Shown piece after piece: positions 7,262 through 16,706 of a stretch of DNA of 64,000 bases. Both the position numbers and the translations under genes were made by a program. The stretch is from an uncultured Fimbriimonadales bacterium (lineage in GTDB: Bacteria; Armatimonadota; Fimbriimonadia; Fimbriimonadales; GBS-DC). Location of the stretch: contig CALKLF010000042.1 in assembly GCA_937992175.1 (NCBI GenBank), positions 9,743-73,742 on the forward strand, given 5' to 3'. Under the pieces are notes generated by a model that did not search any database, was not told the origin of the DNA, and worked only from the letters and a program-made list of their open reading frames with translations. Within the stretch, counting starts at the first letter, position 1. The number at the start of each line of letters is the position of its first letter.

Positions 7262-8743
7262 TCATGGCACATGTTGCCGCGTGCGAACTTTGCCCAAGAG
7301 CGCACGCAACCGACGCAAACTGAGCGGATTCAGCAACAGCGCCGCCGAGAGTGCGTAGAGCCCGTAGCTGCTCAAGGGGGCGAACAGCGCACATCCCATC
7401 GCGCCCGTCCATAAAACCGCCTCTCGGTACGTCGGGCGTTGCACATAGTGCGCCATCCCCCAGTGCTTGTACCAGTAGGTTGGCAGATGCGCCGCGAAAT
7501 CCGCGAGCAGGAATCCCACCAGGCGATATTCTGGGGGGAGCCATGGCAGCATCCCATAGCACAGCCCGATAAAAAGAACGGCATACGCCAGGTTCGCTCG
7601 CATCAGGAGCCAGTTGTAGCCCTTGACCATCAACGCGGCGCCTTGAATCGCGAACAGGGCGGACATTAACATCCGCGCGCCCGCCAAGGCAAAGACAACA
7701 AGAATAGTATGAATCTCCCACCGTGCGCCCAGCAGGCGCGGCAGTATCCACGGCGCAACGAGAGCGAAGACCGCGAGTGATGCGCCCAGCGCCAGCGTCT
7801 GGAGCTGCATCGCCTCCGACACCGCCCGCGCCAGCCGCGCAGCGTCATGCTGCACCCGCGCGAAAACAGGGATCGAAAGCCGTCCCGCTGCGTCCCGCGC
7901 AAAGCCCAGCAAGTTCAAAAATCGGTTCACAATCGCCAGGTAGCCCGCCGCCTCTTTACCTGTCAGCGGCAGCAGGATGAGCGAGGGGGCTAACTCGCGC
8001 AGGTTGTAAAGCCACCCCGACAACGCCTGCGCGAACCCATAGGCAAGCATCGGACGCAACGCCTCGCGCTTCCAGTACCATCGGGGCTTATAGCGCGTCA
8101 CGGCGAAGAACCCTATGGGCAACACCAGCTGACCCGTCCAGAACCCCGCAACCAGCGCCCAGACCCCATAACCCGCCCACGCCAGCGGAATCGCCACAGC
8201 GTAGTAAGCCAGTTGCGAGGCGGTCTCGATCCCCGCAACGGCAGCGTAAGCAAGCCTGCGCTCGAGCATCGCCATCGGGACATAACTGATCAGCGTCAGG
8301 GGTAGATTCGCGCAGAGCAGCGTTGCGACCGCCGTGAAGTTCTCCGTGCGCACCCAGACCGCCCCGACGCCCGCTATCGCCAGCGCCGCCGCCCCTGCCA
8401 TCCCCACGCCGACCAGCAAAAACCACCAGAACGCCTGATCAAAAAGGCTTCGCTCCGCCTCGCCCTCCGTGCGAATGAGGTAGACATGCACCCCCATCAG
8501 CCCCACAAAGAGTAGATAGTTGAACACGCCATACGCGGCATTAAAGACCCCATACGCGGCGGGTCCCACGATGCGCGTCAACAGCAACACGCCTGCCAGC
8601 CCCAGCGCGACGGAGACGCCGCGTCGCACGACAAGATAGAGACCGCCGCGCAACGCCTGCTGGCGTGTGGAGTCGCCCGTTTCCCGCTCTGGCACGGAGT
8701 AGATTATGGCATTAAGCGAGGTATAATCGCGCTCGATGACCAC
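7262..8743 (-). CDS. MOP-superfamily oligosaccharide/polysaccharide flippase (Wzx/PST-like)
   Basis: 493 aa with about 12-14 hydrophobic segments and a polysaccharide-biosynthesis-protein-like N-terminus. Contains a duplicated heptapeptide AAYGVFN-AAYGVFN. Start uncertain. Confidence 0.65.
   Translation of the reverse strand: MVIERDYTSLNAIIYSVPERETGDSTRQQALRGGLYLVVRRGVSVALGLAGVLLLTRIVGPAAYGVFNAAYGVFNYLLFVGLMGVHVYLIRTEGEAERSLFDQAFWWFLLVGVGMAGAAALAIAGVGAVWVRTENFTAVATLLCANLPLTLISYVPMAMLERRLAYAAVAGIETASQLAYYAVAIPLAWAGYGVWALVAGFWTGQLVLPIGFFAVTRYKPRWYWKREALRPMLAYGFAQALSGWLYNLRELAPSLILLPLTGKEAAGYLAIVNRFLNLLGFARDAAGRLSIPVFARVQHDAARLARAVSEAMQLQTLALGASLAVFALVAPWILPRLLGARWEIHTILVVFALAGARMLMSALFAIQGAALMVKGYNWLLMRANLAYAVLFIGLCYGMLPWLPPEYRLVGFLLADFAAHLPTYWYKHWGMAHYVQRPTYREAVLWTGAMGCALFAPLSSYGLYALSAALLLNPLSLRRLRALLGKVRTRQHVP
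8722..8727 (+). promoter_or_regulatory. -10 box TATAAT (GAGGTATAAT) 8 nt upstream of ATG 8736; implies a leaderless mRNA
   Basis: Perfect TATAAT preceded by GG. There is no Shine-Dalgarno between it and the start codon. Confidence 0.4.
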
Positions 8744-9836
8744 GCGCGAACTCCTGCTCTGCCTCGCGGAGGGGTTTGACGGCGTTCAGGCAGGGCGCAA
8801 CGGACCGTGGGGCTATCCTGAGACGCGCGTGCGCAACACAGCGCACTGGCTCGTGACCTTCGCATGGGCGTACTCCCAGACGGGGTGCAGCGAGTACCGC
8901 GAGCGCGTGCGCGCGCTGGCGGATGACTTACTCAGCCCCGCGACGCGCCCGTATGGAAAAGGGTTCGTCTGCTTTGAATGGCATTATCGCGGGCGCGGCA
9001 ACGGGCTGATTGGGCAGGTTTGGGCGATGGAAGCCCTGATTATGGCGTCAGCGATCCTGCAATCGCCTCAGTACGCAGAGGTCGCGCAGCAACTCTGGCT
9101 GGCGCACCCCTTTGATGCAACGCTGGGGTTGTGGCATACGCTGGAGCCAGATGGGGCAGTGGGCGGCGTCCATCCGACGCTCAATCAGCAGGTCTGGTTC
9201 GCCGCGATGGGGCTAAGGCTTCCCCAACCGCGCCCCAGCGAGGTCGAGGCGCGCCTGGAATGCTTTCTGGAGCATATCCACGGGCATCTGGAAGTCGCTC
9301 CATCGGGGCTGCTGGGGATGCAGATGGCGTTGGGGCGTATGGACTGGCGGAAGCGATGGGAGCGCGTTGTGCCTGCACTGCGGGCATGGGCGCGTCGGAT
9401 CCTGCGTCGCCCCAGCGACTACCCTGAGTTCACTTATCGCGAGCGTTCCGTTGGCTATCACGCCTTTACGCTGTACGGGTTCGCGCTGTTGAAGCAGCAA
9501 TATACTGACCATCCGCTCTGGCAGTCGCCGAAGTTGCAGCGCGCCCTGCGCTGGATGGACTCCGAGGGGCACAAACGCGCTCTGCGCCGCAACCCGTTCG
9601 CGATGGGCTACAATCCGGCGGGGTTCGAGGTCCCTTTCGTACTCAGCATGTTTAGAGCGATGACCCCCGAATTGATGGAGTCGTGCCGCTGGTGGCTCTC
9701 AGAACAGGTTCAGCGACACTACAATCCTGAAACGCGCCGTTTCGATCGCGCCACACCCGACCCCGCCACGCTGACCGCGCGCGCCTACGAAGCCACGCGC
9801 CTGCCCGACGCGCTGCTGGATTTGCCCCTACATTGA
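8736..9836 (+). CDS. Conserved hypothetical protein in polysaccharide locus (helical, possibly alpha/alpha-toroid-like)
   Basis: 366-aa ORF with coding-like composition, divergent from the flippase. No motif was recognised with certainty (RNTAHWLV, W-rich helices). Confidence 0.45.
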   Translation: MTTRELLLCLAEGFDGVQAGRNGPWGYPETRVRNTAHWLVTFAWAYSQTGCSEYRERVRALADDLLSPATRPYGKGFVCFEWHYRGRGNGLIGQVWAMEALIMASAILQSPQYAEVAQQLWLAHPFDATLGLWHTLEPDGAVGGVHPTLNQQVWFAAMGLRLPQPRPSEVEARLECFLEHIHGHLEVAPSGLLGMQMALGRMDWRKRWERVVPALRAWARRILRRPSDYPEFTYRERSVGYHAFTLYGFALLKQQYTDHPLWQSPKLQRALRWMDSEGHKRALRRNPFAMGYNPAGFEVPFVLSMFRAMTPELMESCRWWLSEQVQRHYNPETRRFDRATPDPATLTARAYEATRLPDALLDLPLH

Positions 9837-10541
9837 GCGCACGCGATTGCGCCAGGTGACAACATCCGTGATGCTGCCCAGGTGAATCCAGCCCGCAAGG
9901 AGCTGTCGCCACGCCCGCATCTCGAAGTAAGCGTACATGGCGGGGCTGGGATACTCCGTCGCCATCTCCACCTGGTGGTGGTAGTGGAGCGCGCCGCTGC
10001 GCAGCCACTTCTCCCACATTAACTCACCGAACCGATGCCCTATCGAACGCGCCCAGATCAGTTCCACATCGTCGTTCGCTGTGCCGTAGCCGCCCCGAAT
10101 GGCGATGTTCTGGCGATTCATCACAGTCTGAGCCGTGTTCATATCGGTAAACATGGTGTCGTAGGAGTCGACGATTTCGATTCCGTAGCGTCGCTCTAAG
10201 GGGTTGCGGGTATAGGGTGCGGGCGCCATCATCCGCGTATGTGGGGTGGAAAAACAGCTGCCTGCCCACAGGCGCACCGCCCGTAGCGGAGTCTCATCAC
10301 GCAGAAAACGCAGATAACGCTCGGAAAACTGGTTCATCGCAAAATTCGCGTACCGATAGGGTCCGCAGTGGCAATCTGTGAAGCCCATCTGGCGCATCTC
10401 ATCCATGCTGCCCTTCCAGTGCGCCCGAAACGCGGCAGGCGAAGTCATCTCCCGAAAAGTGCCATACGGATTAGTAAAAGTAGTAACTCCGCCGCTACCG
10501 CGCGTATCCTCAATCGTCCAGAAATGGTCATGCAGGCACAC
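9828..10541 (-). CDS. Hypothetical protein; probably the 3' part of a frameshifted gene that starts at ATG 10683
   Basis: 237-aa ORF starting at GTG. A 52-codon ORF (10528-10683, MARKRVALIIPTNNRSDTGYTRNLPLAR...) starts 11 nt after the ugd stop and overlaps it in another frame. Confidence 0.45.
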   Translation of the reverse strand: MCLHDHFWTIEDTRGSGGVTTFTNPYGTFREMTSPAAFRAHWKGSMDEMRQMGFTDCHCGPYRYANFAMNQFSERYLRFLRDETPLRAVRLWAGSCFSTPHTRMMAPAPYTRNPLERRYGIEIVDSYDTMFTDMNTAQTVMNRQNIAIRGGYGTANDDVELIWARSIGHRFGELMWEKWLRSGALHYHHQVEMATEYPSPAMYAYFEMRAWRQLLAGWIHLGSITDVVTWRNRVRSM

Positions 10542-10693
10542 GGGGAAGTGCCGATGTTGCTCCGCAAGCAGAATCTGGTGAATCTGCTGGAGCTGCGCAT
10601 CGCGCGAGGGGCAAATTGCGGGTGTAGCCCGTGTCGCTGCGATTGTTCGTCGGAATAATCAGAGCCACTCGCTTGCGTGCCATAGCACCTCTA

Positions 10694-12016
10694 TTATAGC
10701 CCAGTCTTGAACTCGCCGTTCTCGGCGGCGCGTCCGACACCGTAGTAGTAGAATCCGAGTTTGCGCATGCGCTGCGGGTCATAGAGATTACGTCCATCGA
10801 ACAGGTTCGGCTGCCGCATGGCGTTGCGGATGCGTTCAAAGTTCAGCTGACGGAACTCGTTCCATTCGGTAATCAGCGCGAGCGCGTCGGCGTTCTCAGC
10901 GACTTCATAGGCGTTGCGACAGTAAGTCACATCAGGGTAGATCGCCTGCACACGCGGCATGGCGACGGGATCGTACGCTTTCACGGTTGCACCCTCCCGA
11001 AGCAGCAGGCGGATTATCTCCAGCGAGCGCGCTTCGCGAATGTCGTCCGTGTTCGGCTTGAACGACAGCCCCAGCAAGCCGACCGTGCGCCCCTGCAGAC
11101 CGTTCAGCCGTTCGCGCATGCGACTCACGAACTGTACGGGACGCGCGTCGTTGATCGCCAGAATCTGCTGGAACAGCGTGGGATCCAGCTCATAGTGTTG
11201 CACCGTGCGCGCGAACGCCTGCACATCTTTGGGGAAACATGAGCCGCCGAAGCCCAGACCCGCCTGCAGAAACGCATGTCCGATACGCTGGTCGTAGCCC
11301 ATCGCTTTGGCGACCTGCACCACATCCGCCCCTGTGCGCTCGCACAGGTCGGCAATCGCGTTGATGAACGAGATCTTGAGCGCGAGAAAAGAGTTCGAGG
11401 CGTACTTGATAATCTCGGCGGTGGCGAGGTTCGTAATGAGCATCGGGCATTCAAGCGGCGCGTAGAGTTCCAAAATCTTCATTGCTGCGCGGAGGTTGTC
11501 TGCGCCGATCACGATGCGGTCTGGGTGCAGCGTGTCATGCACTGCCGAGCCTTCGCGCAGGAATTCGGGATTGGATACCACATCGAACTCGTGCGGCTCT
11601 GTGCGATGTTGCTCGATAATGCGGCGCACGCGGTCGCCTGTACCGACGGGCACGGTAGACTTGTTCACGATAATCTTGTAGCCGTTGAGGGCTTGCCCGA
11701 TAGTCGCCGCGACGGCGTCCACATATTTCAGGTCCGGTTCGCCTGTTTCAGTGGGGGGCGTGCCGACGCAGATGAAAATCACCTCCGTCGCGCGCGTCGC
11801 CTGCGCCAAGTCGGTGGTCGCGCTAATGCGCCCTTCCTCCAGGTTGCGCTGCAACAACTCGTCCAGCCCTGGCTCATAAATAGGCGACTGCCCCTTGTTG
11901 ATAGCGTCTACCTTCGCGGGGTCAATATCGACGCAAACGACCTCGTTGCCTAAGTCGGCGAACACGACGCCCGTCACCAAGCCTACATAGCCCGTTCCTG
12001 CAACCGCGATTTTCAT
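10694..12016 (-). CDS. ugd: UDP-glucose 6-dehydrogenase
   Basis: 440 aa. MKIAVAGTGYVGLVTG, GFGGSCFPKD and the overall order are typical of UDP-glucose/GDP-mannose dehydrogenases. Confidence 0.9.
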   Translation of the reverse strand: MKIAVAGTGYVGLVTGVVFADLGNEVVCVDIDPAKVDAINKGQSPIYEPGLDELLQRNLEEGRISATTDLAQATRATEVIFICVGTPPTETGEPDLKYVDAVAATIGQALNGYKIIVNKSTVPVGTGDRVRRIIEQHRTEPHEFDVVSNPEFLREGSAVHDTLHPDRIVIGADNLRAAMKILELYAPLECPMLITNLATAEIIKYASNSFLALKISFINAIADLCERTGADVVQVAKAMGYDQRIGHAFLQAGLGFGGSCFPKDVQAFARTVQHYELDPTLFQQILAINDARPVQFVSRMRERLNGLQGRTVGLLGLSFKPNTDDIREARSLEIIRLLLREGATVKAYDPVAMPRVQAIYPDVTYCRNAYEVAENADALALITEWNEFRQLNFERIRNAMRQPNLFDGRNLYDPQRMRKLGFYYYGVGRAAENGEFKTGL

Positions 12017-12157
12017 TGAGAATCTCCGTTTCTAAATTATGGCATTGACGGCGCAGGAATTGTACCTGCTGAGGCTTGGGCATCCCTATCCAGGTTCAAG
12101 CAAACACCATGCACGGACGGGACTGCCCGTGCTACGGAGGAGGTATCCTCATGGGGG

Positions 12158-13246
12158 ATGCGCATTCTGGAGATCGTGTCGGGCGTGACGGTGTGTGGGG
12201 CGACGGTACATACGCTGCAAATCGCGAAGGAACTCCATCGGCGCGGGAACGCGATTACCCTGATGGGCAAGCCGGGTGCATGGATCATAGAGCAGGCGCG
12301 CGCAGCAGGTATACCGACGCTGGAATCCCGCCTGAAACGCCTGCCCCTGCGCGACCTGAAGGCGGCGGCGCAGTTCGTGCGCGAAGCGGAAATCGAGGTG
12401 CTGTTGGCGCACATGTCGGGGGCGAACAACTTCGCGGTGTGGCTCAGTCGCTTGGCGAAAGTGCCTGTGGTGCTGCGCGCACATGCGCACACGGTGCATT
12501 TCCACTGGCGGATGGCGCACCATATCATCGCCGTCTCGGAACAGACACGGCGCTACCACATCACGCGCAACCTTGTGCCTCCGTCGCGTATCAGCACGGT
12601 ACACGGGTTCGTCGACCCTGAGCGTCTCGTGGTGCCTGACAAGGGCGCGCGGCAAGTGGTTCGGGCGGAACTGGGGCTGTCGCCGTCGGATTTCGTAGTC
12701 GGCGTGATTGGCAACATCATCCCGCGCAAGGGGCAGATATATCTGGTACGCGCCCTGCCGAAAGTGGTCACTCGGTGTCCCCAAGTGCGCGTGCTGCTGG
12801 TGGGGGTGACTCATCCACCACGATACGGCGAGCAAGTCAAGCGCGAGGCGGCGCGACTGGGCGTTTCGGAGACGGTTCTGTGGCTCGGCGAGCGCAGGGA
12901 TGTACCGCGCCTCCTGCAGGCGTTAGACCTTTACGCGCTGCCCACGCTCAGCGACATGCTGCCGATGGCGATGCTCGAGGCGATGTGGGCAGAAGTGCCG
13001 GTGCTGGCGACTGACGCAGGGGGTATCCCCGAGGCGATTATCGACGGCGTCAATGGCTGGCTGGTTCCTCCCAAAGATCCCAACGCGCTGGCGAGTGCGC
13101 TCATTGAGATCATCGAGAACCCCGAGGAGCGCGCCCGTCGCGCGCAGAACGCCCACCAGCGTCTCCAGGAGTCGTTCACCGTGCAGCCCCAAGTAGCGAA
13201 AATAGAGACAATTCTTAAGCGCGTGGTGGAACAATCCTCCTGCTGA
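12158..13246 (+). CDS. Glycosyltransferase family 4 (GT-B, group 1)
   Basis: 362 aa. The C-terminal E(x7)E-type region LPTLSDMLPMAMLEAMWAEVPVLATDAGGIPEAI is typical of GT4. Confidence 0.8.
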   Translation: MRILEIVSGVTVCGATVHTLQIAKELHRRGNAITLMGKPGAWIIEQARAAGIPTLESRLKRLPLRDLKAAAQFVREAEIEVLLAHMSGANNFAVWLSRLAKVPVVLRAHAHTVHFHWRMAHHIIAVSEQTRRYHITRNLVPPSRISTVHGFVDPERLVVPDKGARQVVRAELGLSPSDFVVGVIGNIIPRKGQIYLVRALPKVVTRCPQVRVLLVGVTHPPRYGEQVKREAARLGVSETVLWLGERRDVPRLLQALDLYALPTLSDMLPMAMLEAMWAEVPVLATDAGGIPEAIIDGVNGWLVPPKDPNALASALIEIIENPEERARRAQNAHQRLQESFTVQPQVAKIETILKRVVEQSSC

Positions 13247-13275
13247 AGCGCGTTCCCCCTTTGGAAAACGAACGC

Positions 13276-14322
13276 TCACGAGACTTGCGCGATCGATAAC
13301 ACGGGTTTGAAAACGCGCTGCGACTCCGCGTCCGCGAACGCTTGCTCGATTGCGTCAAAAGCGTAGGGGGCGATTAACGGGTCAAGGGCAAGGCGGTTCT
13401 CGTGAACCAGCTGCAGTGCATACTCCCACGCATGGTTGCTGGAACGCGAGCCGATTATGGTGAGCTCCTTGACCAGAATCTGATACCAGTCCAGTTGAAC
13501 CGATTCAGGGCGATAGCCGAATACGATCACGCGCCCCGCTTTGCGGGCGACGCGCAGGCACCAGTCGGCGGCGTCGGCGGAGCCAGCGGCGTCAATCGCC
13601 ACATCGGCTTCCACAGGCGTTGCCTCCCACTCATCGGGTGCGAGGGGCGTCGCCGCACCAATCTGCTGGGCGACCGCGCGCCGCGCGTGGCTCAGCTCCA
13701 ACGCGAACACCTCCTGCGCGCCCCAGAGCCGCGCGAGCTGCGCGTACACCTGCCCGAAAAAGCCCAGCCCGATAATTGCAACCGTCTCATGAGGCTGCGG
13801 GTTCGCTAAGCGCATCCCCGCGACGCAGGTCGCCACAGGCTCCACCAGCGCATATCGCCAGAGCGACTCGCGCGGCGCGTCGCTGGGAACCTTGTACAGA
13901 TTGCGCAGAGGCGCCGCGAGATACTCCGCGAACCCGCCGTCCACGCTCAAGCCAAGATGCTCCAGACGGTCGCACAGATTCAGACGCCCGCGTCGGCAGT
14001 AGAAGCAGTCGCAGCACACCAGTTGCGGGTCGACAACCACATAGTCGCCCATCTGCAACTTACCCGCATAGTCCAGCGGCAGGCAGACAACCTCGGCGAC
14101 AATCTCGTGCCCCAGCGTCATGGGTTGGTCGTTCCAGTAGTAGTGTCCACGCGCTTTGAGGTGCAAATCCGTGCCGCACAGCCCGCAAGCAACGACGCGC
14201 AGCAACGCCTCGTGCGCCTGGGGCATCGGCGCGGGAACCTGTTCCCAGCGCAGCAGGTTCGGCGCAACGAGTCGGTAAGCGCGCATACGCTCAGGTACGG
14301 TAATGGGCGTTGATTTTGACAT
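13276..14322 (-). CDS. Zinc-dependent alcohol/polyol dehydrogenase family (MDR)
   Basis: CGLCGTDLH, GHEIVAEV, the structural-zinc Cys cluster CCDCFYCRRGRLNLC and the GLGFFG Rossmann motif. An alternative start at MRAYRLV (14286) would remove the overlap with argJ. Confidence 0.8.
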   Translation of the reverse strand: MSKSTPITVPERMRAYRLVAPNLLRWEQVPAPMPQAHEALLRVVACGLCGTDLHLKARGHYYWNDQPMTLGHEIVAEVVCLPLDYAGKLQMGDYVVVDPQLVCCDCFYCRRGRLNLCDRLEHLGLSVDGGFAEYLAAPLRNLYKVPSDAPRESLWRYALVEPVATCVAGMRLANPQPHETVAIIGLGFFGQVYAQLARLWGAQEVFALELSHARRAVAQQIGAATPLAPDEWEATPVEADVAIDAAGSADAADWCLRVARKAGRVIVFGYRPESVQLDWYQILVKELTIIGSRSSNHAWEYALQLVHENRLALDPLIAPYAFDAIEQAFADAESQRVFKPVLSIAQVS

Positions 14323-15535
14323 ACTCCGTGGTCAGGTCGCTGCTCCAGAAGCGCGCCGCGCCGTCACCTTCGCCCAGCTCCAGCGCGATATGCACTTCTT
14401 CCGACTGCATCTTCTCAACGAGGTCGCGTTCATCGTACTCAGCGGGTTGCCCGTTCTCAAACACCAGCACTCCCTGCAGCCGAAGCCGTGTGCGGTTCAC
14501 CTCAATCGGCGCGCCCGCGCGTCCAGCAGCGGCGATAATACGCCCCCAGTTCGGGTCGCCGCCGTGAATTGCCGTTTTCACCAGCAGCGACTCGGCGATG
14601 GTATGGGCAATCTGTCGCGCAGTGGCGTGATCCGCTGCGCCCGACACGCGCACTTCGAAGATTCGGCTCGCGCCCTCGCCGTCTTTCACGATGCGCTTGG
14701 CGAGGTACTCGCAGACCTCGTACAGCCCCGTTTCAAACGCCTGCAGAGCTTCGCCTGTCAACTCCACGCCCGACGCGCCGTTGGCGAGTACAACTACCAT
14801 ATCGTTCGTGCTGGTGTCGCCGTCGACCGTGATGCTGTTGAAGGTCTGCTCCACCACGTGCGTCAGGCAGGCTTGCAGGTCGGCAGGGCTGATGTGCGCG
14901 TCGGTCGTGATGAACGCCAGCATGGTCGCCATATTGGGGGCAATCATGCCCGCGCCTTTGGCAATCGCGCCGATACGCACCGCGCCTGCAGGCGTCGCGA
15001 CTTCGAGGGAAGCACGTTTGGATGCGCTGTCCGTGGTCAGAATCGCGTCGGCGGTCGTGCGGTCGTCTCCGTCGCTGAGGCGGTCGAACACCTGTGCCAC
15101 GCCCGATTCGATCGCGTTCATCGGCAATAGAACGCCAATGACTCCCGTGGACGCCACGACCACCTGAGTCGGCTCGCAGCCGAGCCGTTTGGCGACCAGT
15201 TCCGCCATACGCGCGGCGTCACGCTCGCCCTGCTCGCCCGTGAGGCAGTTCGCGTTGCCACTGTTGGCAATAATCGCACGCGCTCTGCCGCCCGCGACCA
15301 CCTGCCTCGACCAGCGCACAGGCGCGGCGCACGCCCTGTTCGTGGTAAACACGCCTGCAACACTCGCCTCCGTTTCCGACACAATCAGCGCGAGATCTAA
15401 CAGACCCGGTTTCTTAATCCCGCAATAGACGCCCGCGCTTTTGAACCCCTTTGGGAAATTCACGCCCAATTGACTGTTCAACGCTGCCATCGTTGTGGTA
15501 TTGTACCCGTAGCCAGACGCCTGAATCGCTAGCAT
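14291..15535 (-). CDS. argJ: Bifunctional glutamate N-acetyltransferase / amino-acid acetyltransferase
   Basis: 414 aa. MATMLAFITTDA autoprocessing site and C-terminal EYVKINAHYRT, both ArgJ hallmarks. Confidence 0.9.
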   Translation of the reverse strand: MLAIQASGYGYNTTTMAALNSQLGVNFPKGFKSAGVYCGIKKPGLLDLALIVSETEASVAGVFTTNRACAAPVRWSRQVVAGGRARAIIANSGNANCLTGEQGERDAARMAELVAKRLGCEPTQVVVASTGVIGVLLPMNAIESGVAQVFDRLSDGDDRTTADAILTTDSASKRASLEVATPAGAVRIGAIAKGAGMIAPNMATMLAFITTDAHISPADLQACLTHVVEQTFNSITVDGDTSTNDMVVVLANGASGVELTGEALQAFETGLYEVCEYLAKRIVKDGEGASRIFEVRVSGAADHATARQIAHTIAESLLVKTAIHGGDPNWGRIIAAAGRAGAPIEVNRTRLRLQGVLVFENGQPAEYDERDLVEKMQSEEVHIALELGEGDGAARFWSSDLTTEYVKINAHYRT

Positions 15536-15554
15536 GGGGGTGAGACTATGGGGT

Positions 15555-15560
15555 ATAATA
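15555..15560 (+). promoter_or_regulatory. -10 box TATAAT (GGGGTATAAT) 15 nt upstream of tRNA-Thr
   Basis: Perfect TATAAT with the GGGG prefix seen at several other starts in this window. Confidence 0.45.
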
Positions 15561-15575
15561 GCGATTGATGGAGAG

Positions 15576-15650
<75 letters not shown>

Positions 15651-15718
15651 AACTCAACCTGTAGTTCTTTGTTCGGTTCAATTCCCCTACCGATTGAGAT
15701 TTCTCACTGACACTGCCA

Positions 15719-16648
15719 TCAAAGGCTCTGCAAAAACCTACGCACTGCATCCCTCCAGCTGGGCATGGGCTCGACGCCCGCCCATTCCAGTCGCCACGAG
15801 GTAAGCGCGGAATAGGCAGGGCGTGGGGCAGGCGTGCGCCATTCGCGAAACGGCAACTGTGTCGGTTCCATATCGATTCCTGCCGCCTGAAGCAACGCTT
15901 GCGCGAACTCGTAGCGCGAGACAGGCTCCGTGTTCGTCAGGTGGTAGACTCCGTAGCAGTCGGTCTGAACCAGTTGCAACAGGCGGTCTGCGACATCGGC
16001 GACATAGGTGGGTGAGCCAATCTGGTCACTAATCACGACGGGCGATTTGCCCGCCCGCGCCTGCTCCAGCACAAATTGGGGAAAGCTGGGACGATGTTTA
16101 CCGTAAAGCCACGCCACCCGCACGATATAATGGCGCGGGCAGATTAGGCGCACTGCCTGTTCCCCCGCAAACTTGGCGCGTCCGTACACGCTGAGCGGGT
16201 TCTCGGCGTCGTATTCATGGTAGGGCGCGCGTTTGGAGCCGTCGAACACATAGTCGGTGGAGATATAGACGCACGCCGCGTGGATGCGCTGGCAGTTCGA
16301 GGCGACAACCTCCGCGCCGAAGGCGTTCACGCGATAGGCTTCCTGCGGCTGGTGTTCGCAGGCGTCCACATTGGTCATCGCGGCGCAGTGAATTACGAGG
16401 TCGGGGCGCAGGTAGTCCAGTAGGGATTTGACCTCAGCGGGGGAGGTGATGTCCAGCGGGACGCAGCCATCGCTTTCCAGTCCCTTTCCTGTGCTCGGGG
16501 CAACGGCGTCAGTTTCTTCCCCGTTGTGCCTATTGAGTGTGAGGGAGGTCGGACGCACCGCTCCATACACCTCCACCCCTGCTGCGCGAAACCGCTCCAC
16601 TACCGCTGCGCCCAGCAACCCTCGCGCGCCTGTCACTAATATCCGCAT
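15719..16648 (-). CDS. rmlD: dTDP-4-dehydrorhamnose reductase
   Basis: 309 aa. MRILVTGARGLLG, YISTDYVFDG and YGRAKFAGE (SYK triad context). Carries an extra ~25-aa segment after the first beta-alpha unit. Confidence 0.8.
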   Translation of the reverse strand: MRILVTGARGLLGAAVVERFRAAGVEVYGAVRPTSLTLNRHNGEETDAVAPSTGKGLESDGCVPLDITSPAEVKSLLDYLRPDLVIHCAAMTNVDACEHQPQEAYRVNAFGAEVVASNCQRIHAACVYISTDYVFDGSKRAPYHEYDAENPLSVYGRAKFAGEQAVRLICPRHYIVRVAWLYGKHRPSFPQFVLEQARAGKSPVVISDQIGSPTYVADVADRLLQLVQTDCYGVYHLTNTEPVSRYEFAQALLQAAGIDMEPTQLPFREWRTPAPRPAYSALTSWRLEWAGVEPMPSWRDAVRRFLQSL

Positions 16649-16706
16649 CCCTTCGTTCCCCTGCGTTGAGATTTCCTGTGTAGCACGGCATGGTCAGCCG
16701 TTCAGG

